Assembly (NCBI GenBank): GCA_031835245.2
Contig: JAVKOQ020000055.1
Coordinates: 1 to 64,000 of the forward strand
Direction of reading: 5' to 3'
Length of the DNA: 64,000 nt
Source: Balamuthia mandrillaris
Taxonomy: Eukaryota
Numbering within the stretch: the stretch's first letter is position 1; the number at the start of each line of letters is the position of its first letter. The position numbers and the translations under genes are program-made. Below the pieces are notes generated by a model, which had not been told where the DNA came from, searched no databases, and saw only the letters and a list, made by a program, of their open reading frames with translations. Of the stretch, positions 62,107-64,000 are shown piece after piece.

Positions 62107-63017
62107 ATGGAGATTCGTCGCAGAAAGGGAACGGGGGCGAGTGGCAGCAGAGCGAGCGTCTCGCCAGCCATCTACGAGGAGCAGCCAGAACGAGAGGCCT
62201 TGCTCTCCTCTCACCCCTCTTTCGCAGAAGAAGAGGGAGGCGAGCCTGCCTCCTCTTCTTCTCTCGCTCGAGCGTCCTCCTCTCGCCACCAGCAACAACA
62301 ACAGCAGGCCCTTCTGAACGAGGCCAGGTCGGTGGCTCTGGCGGGTTGCTCCTCCTCCTCCGTCGCTCTGGCCAATGTGGTGGCCTACCTTTGGAGGCAG
62401 GTCGTGGAGTGCCTGCAGTCATGGGTCTTCTCCTCGATGCCAGGCCTTCCTAGCCAAGCCCCTGAGCTCGATGCTCATCTCCTGTACGCCTCACCTCTTC
62501 TCCTTACTCTTCTCTCTCTCTCTCTCTCTCTCTTGTCCTCTGTGTCGTTCTATTTCTCATCTCAACTCAGCTCTCTCCTCGTTTTTTCTTCTTTTACGCG
62601 TCTGTACATCTGTGCTTCTCTCTCTTCTCTCTTCTCTGCTCCTATGCTTCTTGATTTCGGCCTTCTTATTCGCTCACGCTGAAACTGTTCTCTTTTTCCT
62701 TTGTTCTCCGGACAGTGAATATTTGGACGAGTTCAAAACGAAGATAAAAACGCCATACGATCGTGAGAACGAACAACACGAGGCGCAACTGCTCCTCTTG
62801 TGGAAGCACTCCTTTCCCTCCGAAGAATTGGATGACAGGGTGACGCCCCAATGGAAAAAGTTGGGCTTTCAAGGTATTTTATCTTCTGAGCACTTCAAAA
62901 GAAAGAATAGAGAGAAATGGAGAACAAAGAAGAAAAGAAGGAGTAAAACTTGAGCATAAAAACGACTCGAGAAGGAGATTGGAGAGGAAGAAAACACAGC
63001 TGCAAACTAAAGCTCGT

Positions 63018-63065
<48 letters not shown>

Positions 63066-63747
63066 CTCTCTCGCAACAGGCAAAGATCCAGCGACAGACT
63101 TCAGAGGAAGTGGTGTCTTTGGTCTCAATAACTTGTTGTACTTTGCAGCAACTTATCCTCCAAGCTTTCGTCGACTGTTGCACGGTCGACACCAAAAAGA
63201 AAAGTACCCATTCGCCATCACTGGAATGAACCTCACCAACCTCCTCTTTGCCATTTTGGGGTTTGGTTTCTTGCCAACTTCCATTCGAACAGACTCTTCT
63301 TCAACTTCCACTTCCTCTTTGAAAGCCCGACGAGCATTTGCTAAATTGTTGCATCAAGCCGCTGCAAGCCAGAACACAGAACAAAACACAGTTGAAGAAG
63401 AACGAGAAAAAGGAAGAGAAAAAAACGTTGGCTGGAGTTTTGATGATGAAGAAAACGAGGAATCTTTCATGAATGATGAGAAAGAAAAAGAGGAGCTACA
63501 AGAACAAGAGAGAATGACTGAAACAAATCAAGCCTTTGAGGAAGTCTACTGCTTGACGTTTTATTGGTTCGATGAACTATGGCAAGCCATGGATGCTCAT
63601 TATATGAGCTTTCCTGCCGTCCTGGAAAGAACGAAACAAAAGGTGGAATGCGAGTTGCCGAAGTACGAAAGGTTGGAGCAGCTCGTTCAACACAACACCC
63701 AGCTGATGATGAATTTCCAGTCTTCCTCAGAGAAGACGAATGAATAA
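62107..63747 (+). CDS. ELMO/CED-12 domain protein (ELMOD family), multi-exon
   Basis: PYDRENEQHEAQLLLLW, WKKLGFQG-KDPATDFRGSGVFGLNNLLYF, YPFAITGMNLT, FDELWQAMDAHYMSFPAVL. Confidence 0.9.
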
Positions 63748-63755
63748 ATGTACGT

Positions 63756-63793
<38 letters not shown>

Positions 63794-64000
63794 CTCTATC
63801 GTTCTTCTTTTCTAGATGTCTTCTGCTTCAGAATTTCATCACTCTTCTCCTTTCAGCTTTGTCTTTGTTCTCTTTTTCTCACTTATTTCTTCTCATTTTA
63901 CGCTATGTTTCGTCAAGTATTTTATTTGTTATTTGTACTCTCTTTTTTCTTTCTTTCTTCCTCTGTTTGTGTTGCTTTTAGTTGCTTTCTCCTTCTTGAG

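Overview
Compact, intron-rich eukaryotic DNA with short GT-AG introns full of (TC)n/(TTC)n tracts. It is probably a protist; a free-living amoeba is my inference only. About 28 genes are recognisable, including NAR1/CIAO3, a VARP-like VPS9 GEF, CENP-I, PUS7, DEK, two GT31 galactosyltransferases, a PX-SH3-DH-PH-MORN protein, a PhyH dioxygenase, a divergent H2B/H2A pair, aspartate aminotransferase, a RhoGEF, an atypical PI3/4-kinase, a Boule-like RRM protein and ELMOD. The main result is a ~2.5 kb non-autonomous DNA transposon (~10116-12635) bounded by terminal inverted repeats and an 8- or 10-bp target-site duplication. It carries a Fanzor2-type (TnpB-like) RNA-guided nuclease gene with a single homopolymer frameshift, likely 5' introns, and a structured 3' end where the omegaRNA is expected. 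Other candidates are an H/ACA-like RNA in an unusually long PUS7 intron, a probably domesticated IS630/Tc1 transposase, a recurring GTCGAC promoter motif and a giant-virus-type ankyrin gene. Exon boundaries were read by eye and no database searches were run.
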